Below, in pieces: positions 61,017 to 64,000 of a stretch of 64,000 bases of DNA. How positions within the stretch are numbered: position 1 is the first letter of the stretch; the number at the start of each line of letters is the position of its first letter. A model generated the notes under the pieces. That model did no database searches. It was given only the letters and a program-made list of their open reading frames with translations, and was not told the origin of the DNA. The DNA is from Nostoc sp. (lineage in GTDB: Bacteria; Cyanobacteriota; Cyanobacteriia; Cyanobacteriales; Nostocaceae). A program made the position numbers and the translations under genes. The stretch is from assembly GCA_036918135.1 (NCBI GenBank), contig JBALDB010000007.1:160001-224000 (forward strand). Direction: 5' to 3'.

Positions 61017-64000
61017 TCATTCCCACAACAGTACTGAAGGTAAATCATCGCTGGCTAACCTCAAAAACTCGTAGCCAATTCCCGCTATACCTCGGAAGAA
61101 ACTGGGGTGGAATACTGAACTAGGTAAATTAACGAACATTTGGTATGCTCCAGTTCGTTTTGCTTTAGCTATGACATTTGTGGCATTCTGGAGGGCAATT
61201 TGACGCCAATCAGAGCGAGAATAGCATTGCGCCCCGACTAACAGGGTTTCAATTCGACCCAAATTGCCACAGCACAGGTGGTCACTGGCTTCTAATCCAT
61301 AGTTCTGGGTGGTTTGCAGAGCAATTTCAATCTCGCGTTCAATTGAGGGAATTTCCCCAAGTCTAACGCAACCTAAACGCCCCAATCCTATCCCGGCTGC
61401 ACCATGACACCACACAACCGGGAAGCTTGGTGGCTGATTGGGTTCCAGGCTGCGAAAATCAGGCCAGTTGGCATGGGATTCACTAAAGACGCTGCGCTCA
61501 TACTCGATGCCTTCGAGTGCTGCTTCGTAGTAAACTACATTTTGAGTCACACTGTAGAGTTGCAGCAAAGCATAGGCAATTCCTGCTGCTCCGTGGGAGA
61601 ACCCAGTTAAGGGCTTTTCGCTTAGGGTCTGCCAAGCTTTGGGAGAACCTTCGTAGCTGATTCGATGCTTGAGTAAATGCTCTCCACAGGCGATCGCTTT
61701 TTCTAAAACGATTGCATTCCCTGTTACTCTATGCAGGGACAACAGCCCTAGAATGGCTCCGCCTGCTCCGCTCATGATATCTAGCTTTTGATCGGCAGCA
61801 ATCAACTCTGGCGTCATCCACTGGGCTAAGGCTTGAGCATCTGGCAACAGCGTCTCATCCTTGAGGAATTGGCTGACTTTCACCAAACCATAAATTATCG
61901 AACCCAAACCCGTCCCGCCACCAATACCCATGAGGCGAGCCATAATTTGCCGAGATTCTAAGTTCAGAGTATGGATTTGCCGACGCAACGGTTGCAGTGC
62001 CTTTAATGCCAAATCGCCAGAACGGGAGTCATTAGTTACCTGAGTGAGGGCGGCGAGAAACAAGGCAACACCAGTGCGTCCGTCATAAAGACTGTTGCCT
62101 AAAACTTGCAATCGGAATCGTTCTGCTTCATGCACATAACCTAAGCCGATCCAGTTGACACTGCCATCGGGATCTGGTATAGCTGTTGTTTCTAGCTCAG
62201 TGGCGATCGCATTGGCTTCGGCAATTAAGTCTGCCGAGCTTAGCAATGGTAACGATTCGGCATTCCATTGCTGAATGTCTTGGGTAGGAGTTTGTGCTAC
62301 CTTAGCATGGAATGAGCCTTGAATAATCGCCGTTTGTCGAGCTAGGTCAATTTCATCCATTGCCTGCAACTGATTCAAGGCGTGTTGGTAACTCGGTTGC
62401 TTAAAGTATTGCGGAATGGATCGATCGTCGCTTGTACTCAGTTCATCACTAGCAGCATTCGCCGTGAAAAACGGAATATCTAATTGTTCCATTGCTCGCA
62501 GTTCTGCACTCAAAATCGGCAAAGCATTGGGTTTGTCTTGAGCAACCAAAAAGGCACGACTGAGGCGATCCAATTCGATGCTATAATCTACGCCATGTTT
62601 GAGATAATCGGGTGATAAAGTTTTTTGCGAGATCGCACTGTAGATGCGAGTGTTGCGGAAGACAAAGCGGACTTGCTGGTGCTGCATTGCAGTTAACGGA
62701 CTTCCAGGAACCAGTAATATGTGCTTATGCATCATCAAAAAGCGATACATCACCTCGAATCCAGCAGTAATTTGTGCTTGATAATCGCTGGCTGACAAAG
62801 CTATCTCATTTAAGCGCGGCACATTTTTCCCTACAGGCCTGGTGACAGACTCGTAATGCATCTGCATATCGTCGGTATTGACGTGCAGCCATTTGGGTAG
62901 TTTATGAGGAACTTTTTGAGAATCTGTACTACCCAATCCACTAACATCATAGGCAATGCAGCGATCGCTACTAAAGTCCCAACGGGGTAAAAGCCCAGTG
63001 CGTAACACAGATTCCCAGAATTGCTGTTCTGCGGTTGTTTCAGACTCTGCGGCATTTGGTGAGTTTTCAATCAAATTCGCTTCATGGTGCAGCAACGTTT
63101 CCATATCTACTAATACCAGATGTTCGCCATTAGCAATTAAGTTTTCATGGTGACAATCTGTTCCCCGCAAAGCGTAAAGTACACACAACAACATTCCAGC
63201 TCGCTGATAAAAACGTTCTACAGCGGCTGCATCTTTACAAGGTTGATGTGTAATATATTCTACCCAACCGTAGTTATCTCGGTTCAATACTTGAATAACT
63301 TTGAAATCTAAAAGCTGACTGTGTTGATTGCACCAATCTAAAAATTGGTTATAAGCAACTTCTAATCCTAAATCTTTAGGTTTATATACGAGTTTGAGTC
63401 CAGACTCAAAAGTGAGCAAAATAACTGTTCGTCCACGCTTGTGTGGGTCAGAAAGGGAAGTTTGGATTTCGCTAACTTTGCTTAGACTATTATTTGTAGA
63501 GCTAAAGATTCGCTGAATATCTGCTTTATCTTCAGCCAGACGTTGGATAAATTCGGTGGCAGACTCTACCCAAAAATTGACGGCTGTTGCTACTAATCGA
63601 CCGAGTACTGGATATTTATTAAGTAGAGTCAACAATCCATCTTCTAGGAGTTGATTGACAAACTTATTATAGTGAGTTTTATTGTTGCTCTTTTGTGTTG
63701 CTACTCCTAGTAAGTTGAGCAAGTTTTTCCCAAATGGACGAACTTGAGAAAATTCAAAATTCAGCGTCTTGGTACAAAATCCTGCCAATTGCTGTAGCAA
63801 ACTGCGCTCTAATTCGCGGTAAGCAGCTTTTGAAAGGACTGATAAAGGTAAGCTGTTTTCAGTTAGTTGCCCAGAACCAAGTCGAGTTAAAAGTTGCTGT
63901 CTGGCAACTGCGATCGCAGGTAGCAAGATATCTTCAAAGGGAATCGGATTTTCTGGATTAATTGGTAAATCTATTTCCAGTGCAGGCTCAAATTCCCTTG
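61017..64000 (-). CDS. lanM: Class II lanthipeptide synthetase, ProcM-like (5' end outside window)
   Basis: Frame open to the window edge; LVYKPK, DCHHEN, VDMETL dehydratase motifs; LYDGRTG, GFSHGAAG, WCHGAAG, HLCCGNLG cyclase motifs. Confidence 0.95.
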   Translation of the reverse strand, partial: REFEPALEIDLPINPENPIPFEDILLPAIAVARQQLLTRLGSGQLTENSLPLSVLSKAAYRELERSLLQQLAGFCTKTLNFEFSQVRPFGKNLLNLLGVATQKSNNKTHYNKFVNQLLEDGLLTLLNKYPVLGRLVATAVNFWVESATEFIQRLAEDKADIQRIFSSTNNSLSKVSEIQTSLSDPHKRGRTVILLTFESGLKLVYKPKDLGLEVAYNQFLDWCNQHSQLLDFKVIQVLNRDNYGWVEYITHQPCKDAAAVERFYQRAGMLLCVLYALRGTDCHHENLIANGEHLVLVDMETLLHHEANLIENSPNAAESETTAEQQFWESVLRTGLLPRWDFSSDRCIAYDVSGLGSTDSQKVPHKLPKWLHVNTDDMQMHYESVTRPVGKNVPRLNEIALSASDYQAQITAGFEVMYRFLMMHKHILLVPGSPLTAMQHQQVRFVFRNTRIYSAISQKTLSPDYLKHGVDYSIELDRLSRAFLVAQDKPNALPILSAELRAMEQLDIPFFTANAASDELSTSDDRSIPQYFKQPSYQHALNQLQAMDEIDLARQTAIIQGSFHAKVAQTPTQDIQQWNAESLPLLSSADLIAEANAIATELETTAIPDPDGSVNWIGLGYVHEAERFRLQVLGNSLYDGRTGVALFLAALTQVTNDSRSGDLALKALQPLRRQIHTLNLESRQIMARLMGIGGGTGLGSIIYGLVKVSQFLKDETLLPDAQALAQWMTPELIAADQKLDIMSGAGGAILGLLSLHRVTGNAIVLEKAIACGEHLLKHRISYEGSPKAWQTLSEKPLTGFSHGAAGIAYALLQLYSVTQNVVYYEAALEGIEYERSVFSESHANWPDFRSLEPNQPPSFPVVWCHGAAGIGLGRLGCVRLGEIPSIEREIEIALQTTQNYGLEASDHLCCGNLGRIETLLVGAQCYSRSDWRQIALQNATNVIAKAKRTGAYQMFVNLPSSVFHPSFFRGIAGIGYEFLRLASDDLPSVLLWE

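Overview
Heterocyst-forming cyanobacterial (Nostoc-like) chromosomal segment, judged from abundant HIP1 GCGATCGC octamers, heptamer STRRs and many MITE/SDR relics. Left to right: (1) a CHAT / DUF928 / filamentous-haemagglutinin / CHASE2 kinase / response regulator / sigma-like signalling locus with an unannotated IS66 relic; (2) a compact FAAL-ACP + P450 + CmlA-type diiron hydroxylase cluster with no PKS/NRPS; (3) assorted enzymes (Eis-like GNAT, AMIN-serine hydrolase, di-haem peroxidase, EamA, DUF1400 hydrolase, GH29 fucosidase); (4) a tandem array of three RTX Ca-binding genes, the first decayed and fused to an IS4 relic, whose repeats carry hypervariable Tyr-rich loops; (5) DAHP synthase and a minus-strand organosulfur-type gene run headed by a stand-alone IscB-derived RRXRR/PLMP mini-protein; (6) LysR, RND pump and a lone IucA/IucC synthetase; (7) TerB/Mo-nitrogenase-C protein, obgE, PAS kinase, IS630, an 11x21-bp tandem repeat; (8) the 3' part of a ProcM-like lanthipeptide locus interrupted by a GST. 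The best candidates for undescribed systems are the FAAL-ACP/double-oxygenase cluster, the variable-loop RTX array and the stand-alone PLMP-domain gene. All family assignments come from motif recognition by eye; no searches were run.
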